Of a DNA stretch of 64,000 nucleotides, positions 19,310 to 27,474 are shown in pieces. Below the pieces are notes generated by a model. The model ran no database searches, had not been told where the DNA came from, and worked only from the letters and a program-made list of their open reading frames with translations. The stretch spans positions 62 through 64,061 of the forward strand of contig CAYTHL010000002.1 in the NCBI GenBank assembly GCA_964437615.1, given 5' to 3'. The DNA is from an uncultured Lachnospiraceae bacterium (GTDB lineage: Bacteria; Bacillota; Clostridia; Christensenellales; UBA1242). The number at the start of each line of letters is the position of its first letter. The stretch's first letter is position 1. A program made the position numbers and the translations under genes.

Positions 19310-19339
19310 AAAAAAATAAGGCACTATACATAGTGCCTT
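19310..19339 (-). terminator. Intrinsic terminator of rnpB
   Basis: Minus strand AAGGCACTA-TGT-ATAGTGCCTT followed by ATTTTTTTG. Confidence 0.8.
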
Positions 19340-19690
19340 CCAAGATGACCTATAAGCCGAGTTCTGTTTTGGTAATCATCTATCTAGACGGACTGTTGCC
19401 AGTACGCTCAAGCGATTTTGGAGGCTGACGAGCAGCCAAAATGCCCCACATCTTGCACCACACGGAGTTTACAGCAGGAGTATGTCACCATACTGATGAG
19501 TGGGCTTTTACCCCACTTTTCCACCTTTGCCCTTTACAACCTAAGTTGTCAGTTGGCAGTCTATTTCTGTTGCCCTTTTCCTCGGGTCACCCCGGCTTGA
19601 CGTTATCAAGCGTGTTTGCTCTACGGTGCTCGGACTTTCCTCACTTTGTTAAAAGCGCGATTACCCAGTCATCTTGCTATGATTATACAC
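19340..19690 (-). ncRNA. rnpB: RNase P RNA, bacterial class A
   Basis: The minus strand carries GTGAGGAAAGTCCGAGC (CR-I/P4), GGTGGAAAAGTGGGGTAAAAGCCCAC (P10-12 region), and ACAGAACTCGGCTTATAGGTCATCTTG (CR-V plus the P1 3' strand). That 3' strand pairs with the 5' CAAGATGACT. Confidence 0.9.
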
Positions 19691-19692
19691 CA

Positions 19693-19721
19693 TTAATATA
19701 TATTTGTCAAGGCCAATATTT
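19693..19721 (-). promoter_or_regulatory. Consensus sigma-A promoter of rnpB
   Basis: Minus strand TTGACA (19721-19716), a 17-nt spacer, then TATAAT (19698-19693), ~7 nt before the P1 start. Confidence 0.8.
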
Positions 19722-19843
19722 AAAATAAAATTTTACATTTTATAATACATTAAAATAATTTATTTGCCCATATTTTGCAGTTTTGACATCATTTTCACTT
19801 ATTTTTATAAATTTTTGCAGTTTTTAATTTAATGAATAATTTA

Positions 19844-20527
19844 TTATATTGCATTATTTTTTATAATTTGCATAGCATGTTTTTCTATTCTACTTATATA
19901 AGACCTAGATATTCCTAGCATTTTGCTTATCTCCATTTGAGTGTATTGATTGTACCCGCATACCCCGTAGCGCATAAAAATGATTTTTTGTTCGCGCTCG
20001 GTTAAGTGTTTTTCGATAAGTTTGACAATTTTTTCAAACTCCAATTTTGTACTAACACTATCTTCTATACTTTCGGCACTATCTGGTACAATATCTAATA
20101 AGCTAAATTCATTACCCTCTTTATCTGTGGAGATAGAGTCTTCTAGGTAAATTTGCCCAGCATGTTTTTTGTCGGCTCTAAGTAGCATAAGAACTTCGTT
20201 GTCTATGCACCTAGTTGCATAGGTAGAAAAACTGCCGCCCTTTTGATAGCTAAAACTTTTTATAGCTTTAAGCAATCCAACCGCACCAACCGAAATTAAT
20301 TCATCTTGGCTAATACTGCCTTTATATTTTCTAATAACATGGGCAACCAACCTCATGTTGTGTTTAACAAGTTTGTTTTCGGCAGACTTATCCCCCGCCG
20401 CAATTTCTGCAAAACACTCTTGCTCTTCTTCTCGGGATAGTGGTTTTTCAAAAGCTGGCTCGCTCCCAATACGCCCAAACAGCAGCATAATTTTAGAAAA
20501 CAACGCCGCCAATAATTTTAGTATCAT
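19844..20527 (-). CDS. sigK: Sporulation sigma factor, pro-sigma-K type (uninterrupted)
   Basis: The pro-sequence MILKLLAALFSKIMLLFGRIGSEPAFEKPLS parallels B. subtilis pro-sigK ...NNAFPQPLS. RLVAHVIRKY, TYATRCIDNEVLM, DKEGNEFSLLD and GISRSYISRIEK also match. AAGGAG SD precedes the ATG at 20527. Confidence 0.8.
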   Translation of the reverse strand: MILKLLAALFSKIMLLFGRIGSEPAFEKPLSREEEQECFAEIAAGDKSAENKLVKHNMRLVAHVIRKYKGSISQDELISVGAVGLLKAIKSFSYQKGGSFSTYATRCIDNEVLMLLRADKKHAGQIYLEDSISTDKEGNEFSLLDIVPDSAESIEDSVSTKLEFEKIVKLIEKHLTEREQKIIFMRYGVCGYNQYTQMEISKMLGISRSYISRIEKHAMQIIKNNAI

Positions 20528-20601
20528 ATTTGCTCCTTGCGGCAAAATTTGTTTACAATTTTTCAACTTTTTTGCTTATAGCACCTGCATCTGCCGCTAA
20601 C

Positions 20602-20628
20602 AAAAAAATATGCCAAAATTTGGCATAT
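20602..20628 (-). terminator. Intrinsic terminator closing the U32-operon 3' UTR that contains repeat copy C
   Basis: Minus strand ATATGCCA-AATTT-TGGCATAT followed by TTTTTTTG. Confidence 0.7.
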
Positions 20629-20726
20629 TATGACAAATGCTGGTTTGTTTGGCACAAGTGGAAAATTTTTCCGTCTTTATGAGCAAGTACGAAGTGGTTA
20701 GAAATATATGTTAAGCGTACTTAATA

Positions 20727-20893
20727 CAAACAACCCTCAGTTTGCCACAAAGAATTGCCACATGGCAACCAGCCCCTTACTAGGGGGCAATAACATGGAT
20801 TAACTTTTATTGTTTTTAATAATAAATAGTTGTCAACCTGAGCAGCGTCGCATTCTTGCCCCATACGGTTTTAATTAAAACATACAGGGACCA
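20727..20893. repeat. Dispersed hairpin-rich intergenic repeat, copy C (single unit)
   Basis: caaacaaccctcagtttgccacaaagaattgccacatggcaaccagccccttactagggggcaa matches 6691-6757. gcgtcgcattcttgccccatacggttttaattaaaacatacagggacc matches 6958-7005. Confidence 0.7.
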
Positions 20894-20959
20894 TGATAAA
20901 AAATGGCCAAGATGTAGCGTTTCTGTTTATAGATAGTTTTACAACAAGACAAATTTTGC

Positions 20960-22180
20960 TTACATTCTAAGAATATCGCCGGGATTGAGGCCAGTGGAAT
21001 TGCAGAATACAAAAATATGCTGCTGCACAAGTTTGGCATGCGTTAGGGGGTTGCCCTGCTCGTCGGTCATAGCTGACACAGTAATTTTATGTGCAAGAGG
21101 CAGCGTTGGAGAAAGCACTTCTAAGGTGTCGCCCACCGCAAATTTATTGCGCTGCTCTACCAGAATTTTGCCGTCTTGAACGCCTAAAACTACGCCCATA
21201 AATTTGCTCTCTTGCAGTTGATGAGAACTTTCTAGCGACTGCCTAATCTCCCCGCTATTTACCATAAAACCTGTGGTATAGTTGCGGTGGCTAGCTTTGT
21301 CTAGTTCTGCCAAAAGTTGTGGGCTAACTTGATATTTTTTGCCCTGCTCTATGCACTCTTCTAGGTGGTCTATGGCACGGCGGTAGGCGTTTATAACGGT
21401 TGCCACATAGTATGGAGATTTCATGCGGCCCTCTACCTTAAAACTGCACACTCCCGCAGCCGCAATTTTGTCTAGATGCTCTATTAGACGCAAATCTTTG
21501 CTGTTAAAAATGTAAGTTCCCCTATCGTCTTCGGCAATTTCCATAGGCTCGCCGGGACGCGTTTCTTCGGTGACATAGTATTTCCAGCGGCAGGCTTGAA
21601 CGCACTCGCCATGATTGCTATCCCGCCCCGTAAGGTAGTTGGAAAGCAGACAGCGGCCGCTATAAGATATGCACATTGCACCGTGGACAAAGGCTTCTAG
21701 CTCCAAATCTGGCAGATGCTCGTGAATTTTGGCAACTTCGTCCAAAGAAAGTTCCCTTGCAAGCACCACACGGCTAGCGCCCATTTTTTGATAGGCCTCA
21801 GCCGCATATTTGTTTGTTGTGTTTGCCTGCGTGGAGATATGAATTGCTAGGCTTGGCGCATACTTTTTAACAAAATTTAACACGCCCATGTCGCTGACAA
21901 GAACGGCATCAACCTTGGCAACCACCAGCTGATTTAAATAGTCTGGCAGCCCAGCAAAATCTGCATCTCTGGCGTAGACATTTATGGTTACATAGGCCTT
22001 TTTGCCGTGAGAATGAACATACTCTACCGTTTTTGCAAGGCTATCATCTTCAAAATTGGTGCCAAAAGCCCTAAGCCCGTAATTTTTGCCAGCAAAATAG
22101 ACGGCATCTGCACCAAAGTAGATAGCCGTTTTTAGTTTTTCCATGTCGCCAGCAGGGGCAAGAAGTTCAATTTTTTTCAT
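20960..22180 (-). CDS. Peptidase U32 family protein (YrrO/TrhP-like)
   Basis: MKKIELLAPAGDMEKLKTAIYFGADAVYFAG..YGLRAF and a Cys-rich central region (CISYSGRCLLS...HGECVQACRW) are typical of the U32 family. Downstream of a TrmR-like O-methyltransferase, as in the B. subtilis yrrM-yrrN-yrrO arrangement. Confidence 0.8.
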   Translation of the reverse strand: MKKIELLAPAGDMEKLKTAIYFGADAVYFAGKNYGLRAFGTNFEDDSLAKTVEYVHSHGKKAYVTINVYARDADFAGLPDYLNQLVVAKVDAVLVSDMGVLNFVKKYAPSLAIHISTQANTTNKYAAEAYQKMGASRVVLARELSLDEVAKIHEHLPDLELEAFVHGAMCISYSGRCLLSNYLTGRDSNHGECVQACRWKYYVTEETRPGEPMEIAEDDRGTYIFNSKDLRLIEHLDKIAAAGVCSFKVEGRMKSPYYVATVINAYRRAIDHLEECIEQGKKYQVSPQLLAELDKASHRNYTTGFMVNSGEIRQSLESSHQLQESKFMGVVLGVQDGKILVEQRNKFAVGDTLEVLSPTLPLAHKITVSAMTDEQGNPLTHAKLVQQHIFVFCNSTGLNPGDILRM

Positions 22181-22216
22181 AAGTTCTCCGTCAGCGGCGT
22201 ACCGCTTATTTATATT

Positions 22217-23050
22217 TTACTTTTTTGTGGCAACCAGCATGCCGTCTTCGTCCTCTATTAGGCGGGGGTTGGATAGGTCTGGGTGAGAAAGGAAGGTTTG
22301 TATAAATTTTTCTAGGCGTTTGCATATTGTTTTAAACCTATTGTTTGGGGCAAGGCTAGGGTTACGCACATAGCCACGAAACAGCACATTGTCTACAAGT
22401 AATATACCCCCTGAGGCTAATAACATAATAAGCCCGTCTAGCATTTTATCATACTGGGCTTTGGGGCCGTCTAAAAAAATAAAATCAAAATAATTGTTGT
22501 AGCTATCGTCTGCTACCATTTGGGCAATTTGCACAAGGCAGTCATCGCAAATAATAGTTACCCGAGGTGCGGGTTGGAAATCTAAATTGCTACTATTGCT
22601 TATACTTTCATTATTTTGAATTTTGGGCTGCATATATTTGCTATTGCTGGCGCTACCAAAACTGCTATTGCCACCAAAATTGCCAGTATTTGCGGCATTT
22701 TTGCTGGCAGAAGTTACAATTTCCGTGCTTATCACACTGGCGGATTTGTTTTGCGAATTAATAATGGCTGCCATGCCGTTTTCTATTAAGCAAACACTGC
22801 TAACAAGCCCGTTATCTATAAAATTTTCAGCCGCCTCGTGGGCTAGTTTTGGCTCATGCTCTATTGTAACTAATCTGCCCGTACAGTTTTTGATAATAGC
22901 CATTCCGCTATACCCCACCGCCGTACCTATTTCTAGAATTTTTTGTGGATTTTTTTGGCAAATTAGGCTTATAAGAGTTTTATAACTTTCTTCTCTTATT
23001 ATAGGCACTCCACGATGATTTGCGGCGTCTTTTATATAGAGTTCTTCCAC
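22217..23050 (-). CDS. Class I SAM-dependent O-methyltransferase (YrrM/TrmR-like) with a ~70-aa S/N-rich insertion
   Basis: ILEIGTAVGYSG...FIFLDGPKAQY...GGILLVDNVLFRG parallels B. subtilis YrrM. An in-frame low-complexity block (NSQNKSAS...NFGGNSSFGSASNSKY...SNSSNLDF) sits between the conserved blocks. Confidence 0.75.
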   Translation of the reverse strand: MEELYIKDAANHRGVPIIREESYKTLISLICQKNPQKILEIGTAVGYSGMAIIKNCTGRLVTIEHEPKLAHEAAENFIDNGLVSSVCLIENGMAAIINSQNKSASVISTEIVTSASKNAANTGNFGGNSSFGSASNSKYMQPKIQNNESISNSSNLDFQPAPRVTIICDDCLVQIAQMVADDSYNNYFDFIFLDGPKAQYDKMLDGLIMLLASGGILLVDNVLFRGYVRNPSLAPNNRFKTICKRLEKFIQTFLSHPDLSNPRLIEDEDGMLVATKK

Positions 23051-23052
23051 TT

Positions 23053-25107
23053 TTACACCTTAAAAATAATTGGCAATATCATCGGGCTACGCATAGTTTT
23101 TTTGTAAAAATAATTTCTTAGCGGCTTGCGGATAGAGTTTCTTAGGTCATTCCAATCGTGATTTTCTTTTAAGTCTATTACGTTTAGAGTATCCATTAGT
23201 ACGTCCTTAGCTTCGGCAAGCATTTGGTCTTGTTCCCCGCTGTACATAAAGCCACGGGTTATCATATAAGGGTCACTTAAAAGCTCGCCACTTGCTGCCG
23301 ACACGCCCACCACTACTATAACTAGGCCGTCTTCGCTAAGCGCCTTGCGGTCTTTAAGCACTACACTGCCCACGTCGCCTATGCCTAGACCGTCAACCAG
23401 CTGCTGCCCAGCTTGGACATTTGGTCTTTGCACCATGGAGTTTTTAGTTATTTCTACCACATTGCCTATTTCTGGCAAGAAAATATTTTGTTTGCTCATG
23501 CCAAGTTTTACGGCAATTTGCTCATGCTCGCGCAAGTGGCGATATTCGCCATGCACTGGAATAAAGAATTTTGGCTTAATTAGGCTGTGGATAAGTTTAA
23601 GTTCTTCTTGGCAAGCGTGGCCAGAAGCATGCACATTTTCGCACACAACAATAGCACCCTTTTTGTAAAGTTTGTTGATAATTTGGTTGATACTATCTTC
23701 GTTGCCCGGAATTGGGCTAGATGAGAATATAATTGTGTCGTTGTCGCCAATTTCTATTTTGGGAAATTCGCCGTTAGATAGTCTTGTTAGCGCGCTACGT
23801 GGCTCGCCTTGGCTGCCAGTAGATAGCACAAGCACATTTTTATCTTCCATGTTGCCCACATTGTCTATATCTACAAAGACGCTGCGATCAAACTTAAAGG
23901 CGCCAATTTTAAGCCCCGCCTCTATGTTGTTTATCATGCTGCGGCCGATAATTGCCACCTTGCGGTTGTACTTGATTGCAAGTTCTACAATTTGAGTAAC
24001 TCTGTAAATGTTGGACGAGAATGTTGCCACAAACAAGCGTCTAGACGCGTTTTCGGCAAACACTTTTTCTAGGTTTTCGCCAACCTGCTTTTCGCTCATA
24101 GAAAAGCCCGGACGCTCTATGTTTGTACTTTCTGCCATAAGCAGAGTTACACCTTGGCGGCCGATTTCGGCAATGCGCGGTAGGTCGATAACTTCGCCGT
24201 CAATGGCCTCGTAGTCCACCTTGAAGTCGCCAGTGTGGAAGAATATGCCGGCTGGCGTGGTTATACTTAGGGCAAATGCGCCCGGAATACTATGGTTAAC
24301 TTTTACAAATTCTACGCAAAATACGCCAAGTTTTACAATGCTACGAGGACTGACAACTGTGCCTTTTACGCCGCTAATTTTATGCTCTCTGAGTTTGTTG
24401 TCTAGCAAGGTTAGGGTTAGTTTGCTGCCAAAAACTGGAACTTTTAGTTCTTTTAATAGATATGGCAAACTGCCCAAGTGGTCTTCGTGGGCGTGGGTAA
24501 CAACAATGCCGCGAACTTTGCTTGCATTCTCTTTAAGATAGGTAAAATCTGGAATAACCAAGTCTACGCCCGGCAAGTCTGCGCCCGGAAAAGTTAGGCC
24601 GCAGTCGATGACAATAATGTCGTCGCCGTATTCTAGTGCCGTTATGTTTTTGCCAATTTCGCCAACGCCGCCCAAAAAGATTATCTTTACGCCGTTGCCA
24701 CCCTTGGTTTTGGTTTCCTTCTTTTGCTGCGGCAGGCTAAGACTCATAGATAAGTCTATGTTTTGAGTTTTGCCTTGCATATCCTTTAGGTCGGCAAGGG
24801 CTTCGTTTTTGCGATATTCTAAACTATCTCGGTCGGCAAAAAACTGCACCTTCCCTTTGCTGTTTCTGCCTATGTAATTGTTACGGCTGTCGTCCGCCGC
24901 CCTGCTGTTATTTTTTGCCTCGCCCTCGGTAAACACCCTTTTGCGCCTAGATGGCGTGGTGACTGTTTGGTTTGCAGCAGCCAAGTTTGGCGATGCTCCT
25001 TGCTTGGTGTCATTTGCAGACTGCGATGCGTTAGCCGCTTGCTGCTCGGCTTCTAATACTTGTTGTTTTTTGCGATTTTTTGCTTTTTGTAAATTAGATT
25101 CTGTCAT
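23053..25107 (-). CDS. rnj: Ribonuclease J with a ~135-aa low-complexity N-terminal extension
   Basis: The beta-CASP metallo-beta-lactamase core starts at VKIIFLGGVGEIGKN. HxHxDH motif (VTHAHEDHLG), ...HASGHA..., ...IPVHGEYRHL. Confidence 0.9.
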   Translation of the reverse strand: MTESNLQKAKNRKKQQVLEAEQQAANASQSANDTKQGASPNLAAANQTVTTPSRRKRVFTEGEAKNNSRAADDSRNNYIGRNSKGKVQFFADRDSLEYRKNEALADLKDMQGKTQNIDLSMSLSLPQQKKETKTKGGNGVKIIFLGGVGEIGKNITALEYGDDIIVIDCGLTFPGADLPGVDLVIPDFTYLKENASKVRGIVVTHAHEDHLGSLPYLLKELKVPVFGSKLTLTLLDNKLREHKISGVKGTVVSPRSIVKLGVFCVEFVKVNHSIPGAFALSITTPAGIFFHTGDFKVDYEAIDGEVIDLPRIAEIGRQGVTLLMAESTNIERPGFSMSEKQVGENLEKVFAENASRRLFVATFSSNIYRVTQIVELAIKYNRKVAIIGRSMINNIEAGLKIGAFKFDRSVFVDIDNVGNMEDKNVLVLSTGSQGEPRSALTRLSNGEFPKIEIGDNDTIIFSSSPIPGNEDSINQIINKLYKKGAIVVCENVHASGHACQEELKLIHSLIKPKFFIPVHGEYRHLREHEQIAVKLGMSKQNIFLPEIGNVVEITKNSMVQRPNVQAGQQLVDGLGIGDVGSVVLKDRKALSEDGLVIVVVGVSAASGELLSDPYMITRGFMYSGEQDQMLAEAKDVLMDTLNVIDLKENHDWNDLRNSIRKPLRNYFYKKTMRSPMILPIIFKV

Positions 25108-25149
25108 AAAATTTTGTCCTATTTCCTTTATATTTTTATTTTTTTACGC

Positions 25150-26043
25150 TTAAAGTGCGTCTACTATTATGTTGCTAGAAAGATAGTATCTCTGCTTGGT
25201 GGTTGCAAAATGGCTTACCAACTGAAATGTTACTGCCAGCACCATGCTTGCAGGTATGGTAATAATTAGCCCGGCACCCACTGTAAATAGTCCTATGGCA
25301 AAGTTGCAAACAATAATGGTTAAAACTATAATAATTGCGTTGCTAAACACTCTGCCAAAGTCTTTGGCGTTTGTAAAAACTAGCGCAAAGCTTTTAAACG
25401 GATTTGTAGATGAGGTTATCATGTTTACGCAGCAACTTTTGCATAAGGTTAGTTGCAAGGCGCATGTTAGCGTAAACACAACTACAAGCATAGTTATACC
25501 AAATATAGCCGTTGCAAGGTTAGTGAATGTCCAACAATAGATGCAAATAAATAATACTTTTAAAAACGTAAATGGCAAATTAATAACTAGCATGCTAAGC
25601 GAGTAAAGCATCACTTTTTTGCTGTTTGTTAGCAAGCTGTGGCAATAGCTTATGTTACTTTGGCTGGTATAAGTGCTGTATGCAACCGCAGTGAGTGCAT
25701 ATTTTCCTGCAGATTTTAAAAAGGAATTTACTACCAATGTAACAAAAAAGAATAGTATAACTGCCCACCAAATTTGCCCAAAATTTTGACCTAATATATA
25801 GAAAAATTGGGTAAAAACTTGTTTTATGGCTACAAAGACGCCGGCGGTGTCGGTGTACATAGTTTTGCCCACGTCTGCCACCAGTTCAAAATAGCCTTCG
25901 GCTTGCAAAAGCTTAATTATTGGGCTAGAAACAAGATAGGTTAGCCCTATAATTATTGCCAATCTCACCACCGTGTATGCAAGTTGCTTCCATACAAAAT
26001 TAAAATTAGAAGCGAGCAACTTCATAGAGTTTTTATAAATCAT
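25150..26043 (-). CDS. Polytopic membrane protein, unknown function
   Basis: 297 aa with about 6-7 hydrophobic segments. Separated from the phage-like cluster by a terminator. Confidence 0.5.
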   Translation of the reverse strand: MIYKNSMKLLASNFNFVWKQLAYTVVRLAIIIGLTYLVSSPIIKLLQAEGYFELVADVGKTMYTDTAGVFVAIKQVFTQFFYILGQNFGQIWWAVILFFFVTLVVNSFLKSAGKYALTAVAYSTYTSQSNISYCHSLLTNSKKVMLYSLSMLVINLPFTFLKVLFICIYCWTFTNLATAIFGITMLVVVFTLTCALQLTLCKSCCVNMITSSTNPFKSFALVFTNAKDFGRVFSNAIIIVLTIIVCNFAIGLFTVGAGLIITIPASMVLAVTFQLVSHFATTKQRYYLSSNIIVDAL

Positions 26044-26173
26044 TATTACAATTCCTTTACAAAAAAATAATAAATCCTTTTAAGTAGATGCTATTATACA
26101 ACTTAGTTTTAAAATTTGCAACTATTTTTTTATATTAGTAAAATCTAATTTGTTTTTTGCTTATTTTTGCAGC

Positions 26174-26211
26174 AAAAAAACGCACCTGTCCTACATGACA
26201 AATGCGTTTTT
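26174..26211 (-). terminator. Intrinsic terminator ending the phage-like operon
   Basis: AAAAAAACGCACCTGTC-CTACAT-GACAAATGCGTTTTTG, with runs on both sides, 47 nt downstream of the last cluster gene. Confidence 0.7.
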
Positions 26212-26257
26212 GTAAAATTATTTAGTTGTAAATTTTAGAAAAATATTTAGTTGTTAA

Positions 26258-26602
26258 TTAGTTGTTGTTTTGCGTAGAAGAATTTTTGTCCGTAGTTGTT
26301 GACGCCGAATTTTCGGTTGTTTCGTTTGTGTTGCTGGTAATGTCATCTTTGTCGCTTTCGGTGTTATTTTTATCTTCGGCGGCTTGCAAGGTTTGAGTTG
26401 GTTCCTCGGTGGAGGTTACGCTAGATGGAGTAAGCAACCCCAAAACTACAAGCACACTGCATACGCCGGTTACTATATCCATAATATAAACTTCGTCTAT
26501 TGTCTTTTTATAGTGACTGGCAATTATACTTGCCACAATAAGTATTGCCGAAACTAAACTTATCCAAAACCCCACCGTCTTCATTTTTTGTTTAATTGAC
26601 AT
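26258..26602 (-). CDS. Two-TM holin-like protein with an acidic S/T/N-rich tail
   Basis: 114 aa. KMKTVGFWISLVSAILIV... (K..FW..L.SA pattern seen in small Firmicutes phage holins), a second TM, and last position in the operon. Confidence 0.45.
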   Translation of the reverse strand: MSIKQKMKTVGFWISLVSAILIVASIIASHYKKTIDEVYIMDIVTGVCSVLVVLGLLTPSSVTSTEEPTQTLQAAEDKNNTESDKDDITSNTNETTENSASTTTDKNSSTQNNN

Positions 26603-27224
26603 ACTGCCCTCCTTGCGGCTGTGTTTGCGGCTCGGCTACGTCTTGAACTTGTTGCGGCTCGGATGTAACCGCTTCGGCTAGTATTTGCTGCTCGGCAACA
26701 ACTGAAGTTTGTTGCTCGGAGGCAATAACGGCTTGTTGTTGCTCGGTTGATGCCTTAAATTCTTGTTGCTGCCCTAAATACTCAGTATTTTGCCCAGTTG
26801 TTTCTTCAATTTGCTTAGGTTCTACTTCGGACAGTTCCACAGGGTTTTGCGCCGGATAAGATAAAACGGGTGACCCATTTTGCACATGACACTCGTTAAT
26901 GAGTATCATATTGGTTGACAAGTTTTGGTTTTCTTTTGACAGCACGGATGGTTTTTCGATTTCGGATTTAGTAGTAGCTATTGTTTCGGCAAGTTGGCTG
27001 TTGCCGCCAATGCCTGCTGTAAACTTTAAATCTTCGACGTCTTCTTTTATTTCTTCTACTTTTTTTAGGCTCTCGCCCAGTTTTGATATAACTTCTTGAT
27101 ATTTTTCTTCGCGTTTATTGTTGCTACGTATTAATATTATTAAAAGTGCCACAAAAAGCATTGCCCAAATTCCACTTTCGCTAATAATTGTTAATATTTG
27201 GCCCCAAAGTGATGAAATTTCCAT
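26592..27224 (-). CDS. BhlA/UviB-like holin-domain protein with a long Q/E-rich C-terminal extension
   Basis: The N-terminal GIWAMLFVALLIILIRSNNKREEKYQEVISKLGESLKKVEEIKEDVEDL parallels BhlA (GPFAVLF....K.SKERE.KL...). The remaining ~140 aa are Q/E/T-rich. Confidence 0.45.
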   Translation of the reverse strand: MEISSLWGQILTIISESGIWAMLFVALLIILIRSNNKREEKYQEVISKLGESLKKVEEIKEDVEDLKFTAGIGGNSQLAETIATTKSEIEKPSVLSKENQNLSTNMILINECHVQNGSPVLSYPAQNPVELSEVEPKQIEETTGQNTEYLGQQQEFKASTEQQQAVIASEQQTSVVAEQQILAEAVTSEPQQVQDVAEPQTQPQGGQYVN

Positions 27225-27225
27225 A

Positions 27226-27474
27226 TTACTCCTTTAAAATGCTAACCAAATTTTCTATTCTGGCAAGCAAGTATCCGCCGCCAATCTCTACAATTTGGCT
27301 ATATGCATAAGTTTGCAAATTTTTGCTAAGAGTGTATTGTTTATGAGCTTCTGTTAGTTGTTTTTTTATAACATTTCCACTGCTAATATACAAATTAAAT
27401 AGGTTATCGTCCACTTGCTTGCAGGTTACGCCGTCGGCCTTACCAAGCTTGGCTAGTTTTGTGTAAAAAATCAT
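27226..27474 (-). CDS. Hypothetical phage-cluster protein
   Basis: 82-aa ORF whose start overlaps the upstream gene's stop by 4 nt. Confidence 0.5.
   Translation of the reverse strand: MIFYTKLAKLGKADGVTCKQVDDNLFNLYISSGNVIKKQLTEAHKQYTLSKNLQTYAYSQIVEIGGGYLLARIENLVSILKE

Noticed and set aside
19418-19728. Plus-strand ORFs 19418..19600 and 19441..19728.
   Set aside because: They are antisense to a clearly recognisable RNase P RNA gene and are not coding.
19844-20566. A possible skin-like intervening element in sigK.
   Set aside because: The ORF is contiguous from the pro-sequence through region 4 (GISRSYISRIEK), so there is no interruption.
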